Below are positions 1-11,200 of a stretch of DNA of 64,000 nt, piece after piece. A program made the translations under genes and the position numbers. Each line of letters opens with the position of its first letter. The stretch's first letter is position 1. The stretch lies in IMG/VR virus record IMGVR_UViG_2675903165_000002. One strand, written 5' to 3'. Source of the stretch: an uncultured virus (IMG/VR IMGVR_UViG_2675903165_000002). Taxonomy: Duplodnaviria > Heunggongvirae > Uroviricota > Caudoviricetes. The notes below the pieces were generated by a model. It was not told the origin of the DNA, did not search any database, and worked only from the letters and a program-made list of their open reading frames with translations.

Positions 1-119
1 CTTATATACCTTATCGCGAATCGGTAGGCATTGGAAAACTCTTTGCAGCTTATGCCGAAAACGCCACCGCCGAAGCAATTAAAATAGTAGGATTTGACGA
101 GCTGACAGGCTGTGTATAT

Positions 120-344
120 ATGGAACTTGAAAACGGTATTTGTATAAATTCTTGTTTAGGTGAATCGGTTCATTATACGACACCTTACCACGAGCAGGAA
201 TTTATAAGTTACAAACAAGCCGTTAAATATAAAGAGTACGCCGAGTATTTGCGCAGTATCCAAGACGGCACACCAGAGGCTGTACAAGATATAAAATTTG
301 AAGATGAAGGCGACAACCCTTATGCTGTAAGTTCCTTGTTTTAA
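120..344 (+). CDS. Hypothetical protein (may begin upstream)
   Basis: 74-aa ORF followed by a terminator-like hairpin; no motif recognised. Confidence 0.45.
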   Translation: MELENGICINSCLGESVHYTTPYHEQEFISYKQAVKYKEYAEYLRSIQDGTPEAVQDIKFEDEGDNPYAVSSLF

Positions 345-377
345 AACCCTTTAAAACCCCTCAAATTTCAATGATAA

Positions 378-418
378 AGCCCTTTACAGCGTTTTTAGAC
401 GTTGGGAGGGCTTTTTTG
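378..418 (+). terminator. Rho-independent terminator-like hairpin
   Basis: aagccct...agggctt stem followed by a T-run. Confidence 0.5.
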
Positions 419-588
419 GGCCGCGCTCGCGTTCTCCTCAGACACCACTATCACAATACTCAAATAAGAAGTCTCATTTGGTATTATGTACTGGCGGCTT
501 CCTCGAAACGCAAAAGGGTTTTTTGCCCATAAACTCAACTACTACACTTGTCCTTTTTTTCTCCTTACACCTTCGCCTATTTGCACAC

Positions 589-912
589 ATGAATCTGCTT
601 ACTCTCAAATTCGTGCTCGACCAAATGGACGTTCCTAAACCTTTTGCCATTACGGTCATTGCAGCAAACCAACAAACGGGTGTTGCTGGGCAACGTATTG
701 TACTCGAAGAGGCTATTTTGGCCAAACACCAACCTTCTAAGGCTGCAAAAATCGCCAGTAAGGTCTATAACAACAGCAAAAAAAAGCGAAACATTAAAAA
801 CGATGCCAACGCTACACGATTGCTTTTCGACAAAAGAGGTAAAAGACTCATTACTATACACATAAGACTTATCACTCATTTTAACGGTATCCCCGTCAGA
901 TACGGTTCTTAA
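589..912 (+). CDS. Prophage hypothetical protein upstream of portal-like gene
   Basis: ATG at 589 follows a promoter-like motif; stop lies 1 nt before the next ATG; basic protein ending IHIRLITHFNG. Confidence 0.6.
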   Translation: MNLLTLKFVLDQMDVPKPFAITVIAANQQTGVAGQRIVLEEAILAKHQPSKAAKIASKVYNNSKKKRNIKNDANATRLLFDKRGKRLITIHIRLITHFNGIPVRYGS

Positions 913-913
913 C

Positions 914-2266
914 ATGGCAGAAAAACACATTTCAAACGACGGCAATTTCGCTTTTCTTGATTCGGTGTATGGCGCCGTTTCTTTCGCTACCGTTGGAGCA
1001 ACAGCAACAAACAGTGCTGGAGCTAAACCCACCGCTCCAACGGTCAAAGAAAAAAGCAACAGCAGTGAACCCATTGCTTACTGGGGAGAAGACAACCAGT
1101 TTCCCCAAAATGTACTCAAGCACGCACGACAAAACTCGCTTGTTTCCTCCACGCTCAACTGGAAAGCCAGAGCATTGTATGCGGGTGGTATTCAATACGG
1201 CACATACGACTACAACGACAATGGCGACGCTATCTTTTTGCCCAACAGCAAAAACAGCACTATCAATAAGTTTCTCAATGAAAGCAAAATTGAGCTGTAT
1301 TTAGCCAGTGCCATCACTGATTTCTACTGGTTTTACAACGTGTTTTCTGAGATGATTTTGTCCAAAGACAAGAAAACGATTGTTTCATTAAGGCCGCAAA
1401 AAGCCGCTTTTTGTCGTTGGGCAAAGCAAAATGCCAAAGGCGCACTTGAGAAGTGTTACATATCTCCTAATTGGGATAGCGGCGCAAAGTACAACTCAAA
1501 GGAAACGCAAACCGTTGATGCCATCGACTTGTACGATTTGCCAGAAGAGGTGCGCAAGAAAAAGTTTTTCAAATTCATTTATCCAAGTTCATATCCTACG
1601 CCCGACCGCGTGTATTATCAATTGGCCGATTGGAATTGCTTACGCACATCAGGCTGGTTGGATTTCGCCAATCACATTCCCGTATTCAAAAAGGCCTTGA
1701 TGAAAAATATCACGGCCATCAAATACCATGTGGCCATATCACAAGACTGGTGGGTGTGGAAATACAAGAATTTCCTCAACATGACCGAACCAGAACGCAG
1801 AGCTTTGATGAGCAAAGAAGTGGATGAGTTTGAAAAGGTCATGTCGGGTTCGGAAAATGCAGGTAAATCCATTTTTACCACCTTCAAAACAGACCCGCAG
1901 ACAGGCAAAAACTACGATGGTTGGGTAATTACTTCGTTGGGCGACAAGATGAAAGATGGCCAGTACATCGAAGACAGCCAAGAGGCCAGCTCTCACTTGC
2001 TCTACGCACTCGGCGTACATGGCTCTTTGATTGGTTCGACACCAGGCAAAGGCATGGGCAGTGGTTCTGGTTCTGATGCACGCGAAGCCTTCAATATTTA
2101 TCAGTCGCTCATTGAAATGGAAAAAGACTTGCTGCTTGGGCCACTTCATTTTATCCGCGATTTTAACGAATGGGGTTCGGACATTGCATTCCGTTTCAAA
2201 CGGCCTATTCTCCAAACGCTTGACAACGTGACCGCCAGCAAGCGAAATACTAATATTCCTCAATAA
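914..2266 (+). CDS. Bacteroidota prophage portal-like protein
   Basis: 450 aa; WGEDNQFP, G+NAGK and GSGSDAREAF motifs resemble Bacteroidota prophage portal-like proteins; lysis genes downstream. Confidence 0.65.
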   Translation: MAEKHISNDGNFAFLDSVYGAVSFATVGATATNSAGAKPTAPTVKEKSNSSEPIAYWGEDNQFPQNVLKHARQNSLVSSTLNWKARALYAGGIQYGTYDYNDNGDAIFLPNSKNSTINKFLNESKIELYLASAITDFYWFYNVFSEMILSKDKKTIVSLRPQKAAFCRWAKQNAKGALEKCYISPNWDSGAKYNSKETQTVDAIDLYDLPEEVRKKKFFKFIYPSSYPTPDRVYYQLADWNCLRTSGWLDFANHIPVFKKALMKNITAIKYHVAISQDWWVWKYKNFLNMTEPERRALMSKEVDEFEKVMSGSENAGKSIFTTFKTDPQTGKNYDGWVITSLGDKMKDGQYIEDSQEASSHLLYALGVHGSLIGSTPGKGMGSGSGSDAREAFNIYQSLIEMEKDLLLGPLHFIRDFNEWGSDIAFRFKRPILQTLDNVTASKRNTNIPQ

Positions 2267-2289
2267 ACCTAAACACGTCTGATAATGCC

Positions 2290-3381
2290 ATGATGGAAAC
2301 CCTATTTGTCGAAAAAAACGACTTTCAGCAATATTTGCCCGTCAATGCCTCGCTTGAGCTAAAGCTCATTCAGAGCCATTTATGGCAGGCGCAACAGCTA
2401 CATTTATTGCCTATTTTAGGCAATAAACTGCTGAATTTGCTCCTGTTGGCCAATGATGAAGTCGCTTATCAGGCTGCTTTTGAGGCGATTATCGCCCAAA
2501 ATACAGCCATTACCGACGAAAATAATAGCAATCCAGAAGCTACCCCGATTCCGCTTATTCCACTCATTCCTACGCACGCCCAAATGCTTTTGCTCATGCC
2601 TTACGCAAAATTGCCTTTGGCGCACTTAGGATTTGAGCGATACATTCCTATCGCTCAACTGGACATCTCCTCCAGTGGCATTCGCCTCAATGTAAGCGAG
2701 GGCAAAAAGACGGCTTTCGGTTGGCAAATCAACGATTTGGAAAAAAGCTGTCGTGCCAGTGGATTTTTGGGGCTTGAGACCTCTTTACAATTCTTGTACG
2801 AGAACAAAGAGGTCTATAATTGGCATCAATCGGAGGCCTATTTACAAGCCCGCCAGTGTTTCGTTAGCTCCGCTGCTGAGTTGCAGACGTTCTTCGCGCT
2901 AAACATCGTTTATCCGCGACTCACTTACCTGAAAATCGCAGGCATTATGTTACGAACTGAGCAGCGAATCAAGCAAGTAACCTGTATTCCGCTTTTCGCA
3001 GAAATCAAGCAACAGCACTTGCAAGGTAACATTAGCCCCGAAAATGCGGCTTTGCTTGAATACATCAAACCCGCCATTGCGCTGCTGGCCATGAGCCGCG
3101 CACTTCTGGAGTCTTCTGTTACACTCGACGATACGGGTATTAGTTTGTTTAACAACAACAATTCCCAAACCGTCAAGGTGCAGCAACCCGCAGAGTTAGA
3201 ACGACTTGACAGCGTCAAAAAAGAGCTGGAGCAAGAAGGCGAAAGCTACTTAACCCAGTTGGATAATTTTCTGCAAAAAAATGCAGAAACCTATCCACTG
3301 TATAAGGATAGCCCCTGTTTTGCAGACCGTCAGACACTCCGATTTGAGCAAGACCCAACCAAACATGTTCATTTATTTTAA
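2290..3381 (+). CDS. Prophage protein (DUF6712-like, putative head-tail adaptor)
   Basis: 363 aa directly after the portal-like gene; internal two-fold similarity (PILG..L / PLFAEI). Confidence 0.55.
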   Translation: MMETLFVEKNDFQQYLPVNASLELKLIQSHLWQAQQLHLLPILGNKLLNLLLLANDEVAYQAAFEAIIAQNTAITDENNSNPEATPIPLIPLIPTHAQMLLLMPYAKLPLAHLGFERYIPIAQLDISSSGIRLNVSEGKKTAFGWQINDLEKSCRASGFLGLETSLQFLYENKEVYNWHQSEAYLQARQCFVSSAAELQTFFALNIVYPRLTYLKIAGIMLRTEQRIKQVTCIPLFAEIKQQHLQGNISPENAALLEYIKPAIALLAMSRALLESSVTLDDTGISLFNNNNSQTVKVQQPAELERLDSVKKELEQEGESYLTQLDNFLQKNAETYPLYKDSPCFADRQTLRFEQDPTKHVHLF

Positions 3382-3401
3382 ACCTAAACCCTTCTTTTTC
3401 A

Positions 3402-3602
3402 ATGGAAAATAACCATCACCACACCAATCCATTAGTCAATATTGCCATTGTTATCTGCAACTTTCTTGCTTGGGCTTTTTCGTTTCAAGGGCTACAACAA
3501 GTACAGCTCATTGCATCGCTGACGCTCACAACCTTGTCTATCGTTTTCGTTTCATGGCAGATTTATGACAAAATAAAGCAGCGAAAGCCGCCCAATCCTT
3601 AA
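3402..3602 (+). CDS. Small two-TM protein, putative holin
   Basis: 66 aa, two hydrophobic stretches, basic C-terminus, upstream of a lysin. Confidence 0.5.
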   Translation: MENNHHHTNPLVNIAIVICNFLAWAFSFQGLQQVQLIASLTLTTLSIVFVSWQIYDKIKQRKPPNP

Positions 3603-3632
3603 CAATTATTTACATTCTAAACCCTTTATCCA

Positions 3633-3995
3633 ATGAAAAATCTATTGCCGCGTTTCTTGCGCTTCTTGGCCTTGTGGCCTGAAATTCTCGGCCTACCAAT
3701 GGCTTTGTTGGTCTTCTTTATTTCTCCGCTCGCGCTACGAAAAACAGACCCAACCGCCATTGTGTACGATGTCGGTATTTTGCAAATCATTCTATTTGCT
3801 CTCATCGCCATGCTCTCCCTCAACAGCCTTGTTTGGTTAGGCATTCGCCTCAATTTCAGAACATTGTTCCACTATTATGTAGAACAATTTCAGTGCGATT
3901 TTATCAACCTAAAACCCGTCCAAAGAATATGCGTTTTACTCTCTGTTTACTTTGGCTTGCTCATAGCCTTTGTGTTGTTGGTCAGGGTGCTATAA
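3633..3995 (+). CDS. Three-TM membrane protein (holin-like)
   Basis: Three hydrophobic segments; overlaps the CHAP gene. Confidence 0.55.
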   Translation: MKNLLPRFLRFLALWPEILGLPMALLVFFISPLALRKTDPTAIVYDVGILQIILFALIAMLSLNSLVWLGIRLNFRTLFHYYVEQFQCDFINLKPVQRICVLLSVYFGLLIAFVLLVRVL

Positions 3996-4456
3996 GAAAC
4001 GACTTAGCGCAAACCTATCTTTCCCAAGTCGGCATTAGAGAAGCCACAGGCCGCAATGACGGAACGCAAGTAGAAATGTACTTGCATTCCGTCAAGGCCA
4101 AACGCGGCCAGTCTTGGTGTGCGGCTTTCGTGTCATGGTGCTTGCAGCAACATGACATACCGCACCCCCAGTCCGCTTGGTCGCCCGCCCTTTTTCCCAA
4201 ACGCCATACCGTCTTTGTCCGTGGCCAGCCTTACACTTACGCCCCGCAGCGTGGCGATGTATTCGGCTTGTACTACACCAATTTAGGCCGCATCGGGCAC
4301 GTAGGCTTTATTGAGCAATGGGATTATGGCGGAAAATTCGTAATCACCGTAGAAGGCAACACCAACGAAGCAGGTAGCCGTCAAGGAGATGGCGTGTACC
4401 GAAAAAAACGACCCAAACGTACCATTTACAAAATCGCTAATTTCATTGACCGATGA
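3929..4456 (+). CDS. CHAP-domain peptidoglycan hydrolase (endolysin)
   Basis: SWCAAFV (Cys), GHVG (His) and EGNTN motifs; N-terminal signal-like segment from ATG 3929. Confidence 0.8.
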   Translation: MRFTLCLLWLAHSLCVVGQGAIRNDLAQTYLSQVGIREATGRNDGTQVEMYLHSVKAKRGQSWCAAFVSWCLQQHDIPHPQSAWSPALFPKRHTVFVRGQPYTYAPQRGDVFGLYYTNLGRIGHVGFIEQWDYGGKFVITVEGNTNEAGSRQGDGVYRKKRPKRTIYKIANFIDR

Positions 4457-5055
4457 AACCTATCCTTTTCTACATACTCTTCTTCGTAGTCTGCTTTGTT
4501 GGTGCTGCCTATTGGCATCACCAGCAAATCGCAGCCCTTGAAGCGGAGCGCGAAAACCTTGTTTTAGCGCATAACAATCAATTGCGCCGCGTGCGCAATG
4601 CACAAGGCCAACAAAGAGCTATCGCTCCCGTCGCTCAGCTCTCAGCCGCTACGCTTCGAGAGCTGAACGCGGCACATATTGCCGCCTTAGAACGCGCTTT
4701 TGATACCAAAATCAAACGCGTTCAGGCTGTAATGCGTTTGTCGGTTACCACATCGGGCAAGGCTTCCATGTCTGCGCGTGATACGCTTGTCATGTCGCCG
4801 CGCGATTCGCTGCCCAAGCAGCTCAAGCAATACCGCTACGCCGACCAATACTTTCAGATGTCCGCAATTGCGGACACTGACAGTCTTTGGGTTACTAATT
4901 ACTCCGTGCGCAATGACATTACAGCCATTGCGCACAAAGGCCGCCGCTCCCCCCGTTGGAAGTTCTGGAAACCCAGACCTATCCAATGCCAAGTGTTCCT
5001 TTTTAACCCTCATTCGGGCATAGATACAATTGAAATTCAAACCCTTAGCAAGTAA
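4453..5055 (+). CDS. Membrane-anchored coiled-coil protein, putative spanin-like
   Basis: N-terminal TM then coiled coil; ATGA overlap with the lysin. Confidence 0.5.
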   Translation: MKPILFYILFFVVCFVGAAYWHHQQIAALEAERENLVLAHNNQLRRVRNAQGQQRAIAPVAQLSAATLRELNAAHIAALERAFDTKIKRVQAVMRLSVTTSGKASMSARDTLVMSPRDSLPKQLKQYRYADQYFQMSAIADTDSLWVTNYSVRNDITAIAHKGRRSPRWKFWKPRPIQCQVFLFNPHSGIDTIEIQTLSK

Positions 5056-5864
5056 TGGAAGACAACGGATTTTATTTAGAAGGTAAATTTTACCCTTGCC
5101 CCAAAAACTACCAAGAACTTACCCGTGACCAGCTCATCAAAATCTATGAGCTTTTGATGAGCGAAGCTCCCTACACCGATGTAGTGGTAGCCATTATCCC
5201 CGTTTTGTTTCGCTTGCACATGAATTTGGAGCTATTGCGCTTCTTCATGACCAAAGTAACGCCTGTTGAATGGGTGGATTTGGCACTATTGACAGACCCT
5301 TTTATTCAAAATCCTGAGTCTTGCATCAACTTACTACCCACCGTTTGCGTGGACGAAAAACAATTCGTAGGCCCCGCTGACACCTTGGCCAACCTATCGT
5401 TTGCCGAGTTCATCAATGCAGACACGCACTTTTTGCGTTTTCTGCAAACCCAAGACGAAAGCCATCTCAACGCCTTGTGCGCTACGCTCTATCGACCGCA
5501 GCGCGAAGACTTCAATCCCGATGCGCCAGATACCAATGGCGACCCGCGCGAAGTCTTCAACGACAATTTAGTGGCGACCCGCGCTCAAACATTTGCTACT
5601 TTGCTCAAGGGCGAAAAGGCCGCTATTCTCTATTTTTTCATGGGTTGCCGCAACGAAATAGAAAAGCAATACCCTTGGATTTTCAAGAAAACCGACGAGG
5701 AAAAAACAGAATCCGAAGGTTGGGTAGGCGTGTGGTTGCAAATGGCAGGCAATAAGTTCGGCGACGCTGAAAAGACGGCCAACACCAATTTACATTGGAT
5801 TTTGACCGAGCTAAATATTATGATGCGTAACTACTTTGAAACCAAATCTAAAACGCAACAATGA
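5055..5864 (+). CDS. Prophage hypothetical protein
   Basis: 269 aa, translationally coupled on both sides. Confidence 0.6.
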   Translation: MEDNGFYLEGKFYPCPKNYQELTRDQLIKIYELLMSEAPYTDVVVAIIPVLFRLHMNLELLRFFMTKVTPVEWVDLALLTDPFIQNPESCINLLPTVCVDEKQFVGPADTLANLSFAEFINADTHFLRFLQTQDESHLNALCATLYRPQREDFNPDAPDTNGDPREVFNDNLVATRAQTFATLLKGEKAAILYFFMGCRNEIEKQYPWIFKKTDEEKTESEGWVGVWLQMAGNKFGDAEKTANTNLHWILTELNIMMRNYFETKSKTQQ

Positions 5865-6355
5865 CACGCCAATCATACGAAGACTATTTCAAAAACGTAG
5901 CCGCCAAGCTGCCCGAAATTCAGCATTCCGAGCAGAACAAACGTTTTGAAATCATGGACATTGAAGAAGTGTTTGGCGAGGTAAAAAAAGACATGGATTT
6001 GGAAGCCTTTTGTCTGTTCTTGGATTACTACGAAGGCTTATTGGATTTGAAAAACATTGACAATCCTTTCAATAATCAATTATGCGCTTTTCAAATAATC
6101 CGAAAATTAGACAGCCGCAGCGATACCGATAGCAAAGTACAGTTGCTTGACCAAGCCGAAGCCATCGCCAAGAAAATCATTGCCAAAATGATACATGACG
6201 CTTACGAGCGTAGCCATTTCAAAAACTTAGAGTTTTCTGAAATTCCGCTCTTAAAGGTAGGGCCTGTTTTTGACAACTGTTATGGCATCAGGGTAGAGTT
6301 TAAACTCTACGCCTCCGAGCGATTAGACTACAATCCAGACGATTGGCTACCATGA
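5861..6355 (+). CDS. Prophage hypothetical protein (tail-completion-like position)
   Basis: 164-aa acidic protein in the coupled operon. Confidence 0.55.
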   Translation: MTRQSYEDYFKNVAAKLPEIQHSEQNKRFEIMDIEEVFGEVKKDMDLEAFCLFLDYYEGLLDLKNIDNPFNNQLCAFQIIRKLDSRSDTDSKVQLLDQAEAIAKKIIAKMIHDAYERSHFKNLEFSEIPLLKVGPVFDNCYGIRVEFKLYASERLDYNPDDWLP

Positions 6356-6747
6356 TAAACCAAGAGCTTTACAACGTCTTTCAGGAATGGGCAAACCGCA
6401 CCGTCGAGGTATTGCGCCAGCAAATCAAATCCAAAAACATCAAAGAAACCGATGCGCTGCTACGCAGCTTATCCACCAAACTAAGCCAGCAAACGGGCGG
6501 GGTAGTTTCGGCGCAATTCTGGTTCAACACCTATGGCCGTTTCGTGGATATGGGCGCAGGCCGTCGGCGAAAAGCAGAGACCCAAGCCACCAACCGAGCC
6601 GTTTGGAAAAGCAGAGGACGAAAACCCAAGAAATGGTATTCGCGCCCCATACACGCCCGAATACATCGGTTACGCGAAATCGTTACCCTTGATGTAGCAG
6701 AAATCGCACTCAAGCAAGTTTTAGAAGAGCTGGACAAGGCCAAATAA
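6343..6747 (+). CDS. Basic prophage neck-type protein
   Basis: T.AL.RS and YGRFVDMGAG motifs, basic C-terminal half; last gene of the module. Confidence 0.55.
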   Translation: MATMINQELYNVFQEWANRTVEVLRQQIKSKNIKETDALLRSLSTKLSQQTGGVVSAQFWFNTYGRFVDMGAGRRRKAETQATNRAVWKSRGRKPKKWYSRPIHARIHRLREIVTLDVAEIALKQVLEELDKAK

Positions 6748-7369
6748 CCTTGTTCAGCTCTTTTTGCTTATAACGGCATTTTTGTTTTTATAAATACCTA
6801 ATAAATAGGTGCTTATAAAATATTTTACACTTTTTCCAAATGCCATGTCACCCTTTTTTCCTTCGGCAAACGTCTTGTATCTATATAGAGATATTTAAAC
6901 CGAAAATTGCCAGCGAAAGCCAAAAATTTTGGGTAGGGGTAGTTTTGTGCCTGCGTATAACTATTTAAAAAATAGAGCTTTATTTTTATTTTTTGCATTT
7001 AAGGCGTTGATTATCAATTGAATGAATTTTGTTTAAAATTCTACTGCCACATCATTTGCCACACTAAGTATATTGATAAATACAATTAGTTGTTTTAGGT
7101 GTAAATAGTCTGTTACTTGATTGAAGTAAATCTTCTGCTCTTTGTTCGGTAGCATAGAGTTACATTCAAATTAAGGAGAATCCTTTTTGTTGACCGCATA
7201 CACTAGCATTTTTGCATGTACTTTCAATAACTGACTTAGTGTTCCACTAGAAAACAAGGTTTTTATATCCGTGCAAAATCATTTATGAAGGTACGATACA
7301 CGAATTATAACCGAAAAAATACATTACTTTGCAGTTTATAAAATAAAGGCATAAGTCTAAATAGAAATA

Positions 7370-8269
7370 ATGAGTGAAATGACTACATCAAAATATATAT
7401 TTTCAGGGCACGATTCATTTCATTGTCGACAACTTTGGCTCAAAAAAGGGTTTGACTTTGTTCAAAGTGGGTTATTATTCAACAGTGAAGATGCTGTTGT
7501 TAAACTGGGTGTAGGTAAAAACATGGTTTCTGCAATCCGTTACTGGTTAAAAGCATTTAATATAATTGATAACAAAGATCATCCTACTGAATTTGGAATA
7601 AGGCTTTTTGATACAGATACGGGATATGATCCTTTTTTAGAGGATGATGCAAGTTTGTGGCTACTACACTATCAGCTTGTTAAAACGGGTATAGCATCTA
7701 TCTATAGTATCATATTTAATGAATTTAGGAAAGAAAAAATAATATTTAATGATGGTTCTTTTTTGAATTATTTGAAGCGAATTCAGGAGATAAACCATGT
7801 ATTAAATTTTAACGAGAATACTGTAGCGAAAGACTTTATGGTTTTTGTAAATACATACAAAAACGATGAAGGCTATAATGACGTTGAAGATAGCTATTCT
7901 GGTATACTTTCTGAAATTGATTTGCTCAAAATCATTCAGATAGAGTATAAAGATGAAAATGGCAAAATAAAAAAAAGGATAGAATATCAAATTGAAAACA
8001 ATGACAGAGATAAATTACTAGCACAGGTTTTATTGTTTTCAATTTTAGATAACCCAAATTATGGGAACTCAATTAGTTTAAATTCGCTTGAGTACGACTA
8101 CAACAGTCCTGGTTCAATCTTTGCATTGAATCGTTCGGGACTGATAAACAAAATTTCTGAAATCGTGGACAAAAACATTACGTTCACAGACCACGCAGGA
8201 ATAAAAGAATTGCAATTCAAGAATAAACCGAACGCATTTTCAATTTTAGACAAATACTATGGCAAATAA
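7370..8269 (+). CDS. sspB: DUF4007 family protein, SspB-like
   Basis: FSGHDSF..R..WLKKG, LGVGKNMV.AIRYW and DPFLED..SLWLLHY are DUF4007 signatures. Confidence 0.85.
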   Translation: MSEMTTSKYIFSGHDSFHCRQLWLKKGFDFVQSGLLFNSEDAVVKLGVGKNMVSAIRYWLKAFNIIDNKDHPTEFGIRLFDTDTGYDPFLEDDASLWLLHYQLVKTGIASIYSIIFNEFRKEKIIFNDGSFLNYLKRIQEINHVLNFNENTVAKDFMVFVNTYKNDEGYNDVEDSYSGILSEIDLLKIIQIEYKDENGKIKKRIEYQIENNDRDKLLAQVLLFSILDNPNYGNSISLNSLEYDYNSPGSIFALNRSGLINKISEIVDKNITFTDHAGIKELQFKNKPNAFSILDKYYGK

Positions 8270-11200
8270 TTTCACAACATCGGTAAATATACTCAGAGAT
8301 ACTGAGAGGGATTTTAATTATATCCCAACGCCAAATGCCAAACAGGTAGTAGGTCAAATTGTGAACGATTTTAAAAAAGGTATTCGCTCGTTCAATATCA
8401 TTGGAACTTACGGAACAGGAAAATCTTCGTTTCTTTTAGCTCTTGAACAAAGTGTGAGAGGGAAAAAACGTTATTTTGAAACAAACTTTCTTGCGAATCC
8501 TATAGTTGATTTTGTAAAAATTGTAGGTTCTTACACTTCGATTGTAGAGCAATTTGCAGATACTTTTGAAGTAACAACAACTAAAAATAAGCACGAAAAT
8601 ATCTTATCTGAAATTTTCAATCGCTATTATTCTCTTGGCAAAAACAACGGCATTTTGTTTTTGCTGTTAGATGAGTTCGGGAAATTTTTGGAGTATGCAA
8701 GCAAACACAATCCCGAAAACGAATTGTATTTCATTCAACAATTAGCGGAGTTTTGCAACAACCCAAAGTACAATGTTGTTCTAATTTCTACGGTTCATCA
8801 AAGTTTTGAATCGTATGCTTACGCTTTAACAAGTACACAAAAGCAAGAATGGACAAAGGTTAAGGGTCGTTTTCGTGAAATTACATTTAACGAACCCGTT
8901 GAACAACTTTTGTATTTGGCTTCGGAATATGTTGCAGAAAACTTTGAAAACAAAGCCCCGAAAGCACAAGTTGAAAAATGCGTGGAATTGTCTGTCGCTT
9001 CAAAAGCGTTCAATTTCAACAAATATTTCTTAGATGAAATTTCTACAAAACTTTTTCCGCTTGATATTCTTTCGGCAAATACGCTTACACTTGCGCTGCA
9101 ACGCTACGGACAAAATGAACGTTCTCTCTTTTCATTCCTTGAATCAACAGATCATACAGGGTTAGCGAAATTCAACAAACGTGAAAATCCGTTTTATAAT
9201 TTGAGTTGTGTTTACGATTATCTCAACTTCAATTTTTATTCGTTTCTCACTTCAAAATACAATCCCGATTTTTCGGCTTGGAGTTCAATCCGTTCTTCGT
9301 TGGAAGAAGTAGAAAGAGCATTTGATGAAAAAATAAACGATTACTCAAATGCCGTTAAAACAATTGGTTTGCTGAATATTTTCTCGGCAAGCGGAGCGAT
9401 TTTAGATAATAACTTTTTGAGTAATTACCTTGAAATCGCCTGCGGTGTTTCCAATGCAAGCACAATCATCAAAAATCTTGAAACGAAAAAAATCATTCGT
9501 TTCCGTTCGCACAGCAAACGCTATATTTTGTTTGAGGGAACGGATTTGGATATTCAAACTGCCTTACTTGAGGCGGGGGAAAAAATTTCGGAAGTTAATG
9601 ACGTTGTTTCATTGTTGAAAAAACATATTTCATTTTCTCATAAATTAGCAAATCAGTATTATTCCAAAAAAGGAACGCCAAGATATTTTGAGTTTATTAT
9701 TTCAGAATCTCCTATAAATAAAATTCCAACGGGCGAAATAGATGGTTTTGTAAATCTTATATTCAACAGCAAATTGACAGTTTCAGAGGTTGAAGAGACT
9801 TCAAAAAATCAAAAAGAAGCTATCGTTTATTGTTATTTCAAAAATTCAACTGAAATTAGAAACTTGTTATTTGAAATAGAGAAAATCCAACAAGTAATTG
9901 AAGAAAACAAAGATGATAGGGTTGCTAAACGAGAATTGGAAAGTATCGTTCAGCACCAAATTACAATTCTTGAACACGAGATAACAAGGAAAGGACTTTT
10001 TACTAACAATAAGAATGTAGTTTGGTATTTTCAAGGAGTAAGAAAAACTATTACCAGTCAAACAGATTTCAATAAATTGCTTACTCAAGTTTGTGGTATT
10101 GTTTATGACGCAACACCGACATTCATAAACGAATTGGTAAACAAACACAAAATTTCACCTTCAATTCACACCGCAAAACGCAACTATTTTAAAGCACTTG
10201 CGAATAATTGGGATAAAGAAAACTTGGGGTTTGAAGATGCAAAATTTCCGCCTGAAAAGACAATTTTCTTATCACTTTTGAAAGAAAACGGAATTTCGCC
10301 AATTCGTGAAAATTCGTTCTCTGTACCAAGTATTGACAAAAATTCAAGTTTCAATGAACTATGGAAAACATCGGAAAAATTCCTTGAAAGTGCAAAATTA
10401 GAACAGCGAAGTATTGATGAATTTGTTTCTATTTTGAGCAAACGACCATTGAAACTGAAACAAGGCTTTATTGATTTTTGGGTTCCGACTTTTCTGTTTT
10501 TGAGAAGAGATGATTTTGCTTTGTTTAATAGAGGTGGCTATCTACCAAATATAACGGATGACAATCTTGAGTTAATTGCCAAAAATCCAGAAAATTATTT
10601 TATTAAAACTTTTGATATAGAAGGCGTGAAGCTCGATATATTTAATAGCTACCGTACATTCTTGAATATTTCAACTGAATCGAAGTTTGATAACAATTCA
10701 TTCATTGAAACGATAAAACCGTTCATTGTTTTTTACAAACAGTTGCATGAATATTCAAAGCAAACAAAACGTCTTTCATCTTCGGCTTTGAAAATTCGCA
10801 CTGCTATTGCAATGAGCAAAGACCCCGAAGATACTTTCTTTGATGCATTCCCAAATGCGTTAGGGACTTCGCTTAGTGCTTTGCAAAAAGATAAATCAAA
10901 ACTGCAAGGCTACACAACAAGTTTGCAAAATGCGGTTCGTGAATTGCGTACTTCTTATGATGAACTAATCAAACGCTTTGAAGAATTTATCTGCAATGAA
11001 TTTGTTGGAAAATCAGTTGAGTTTGACGAATACAAAAAATATTTACAAGACCGTTTTGCAAAGCTGAAAAAGCATTTGCTTTTAGCAAATCAAAAAACGT
11101 TTGTCCAACGAATTGATTCGGGTTTAGAGGATAAAAAGGCTTGGTTAAATTCTATTGCACAAGCCGTAGTTGGAAAAAAGCTTGAAAATTTCAGTGATGA

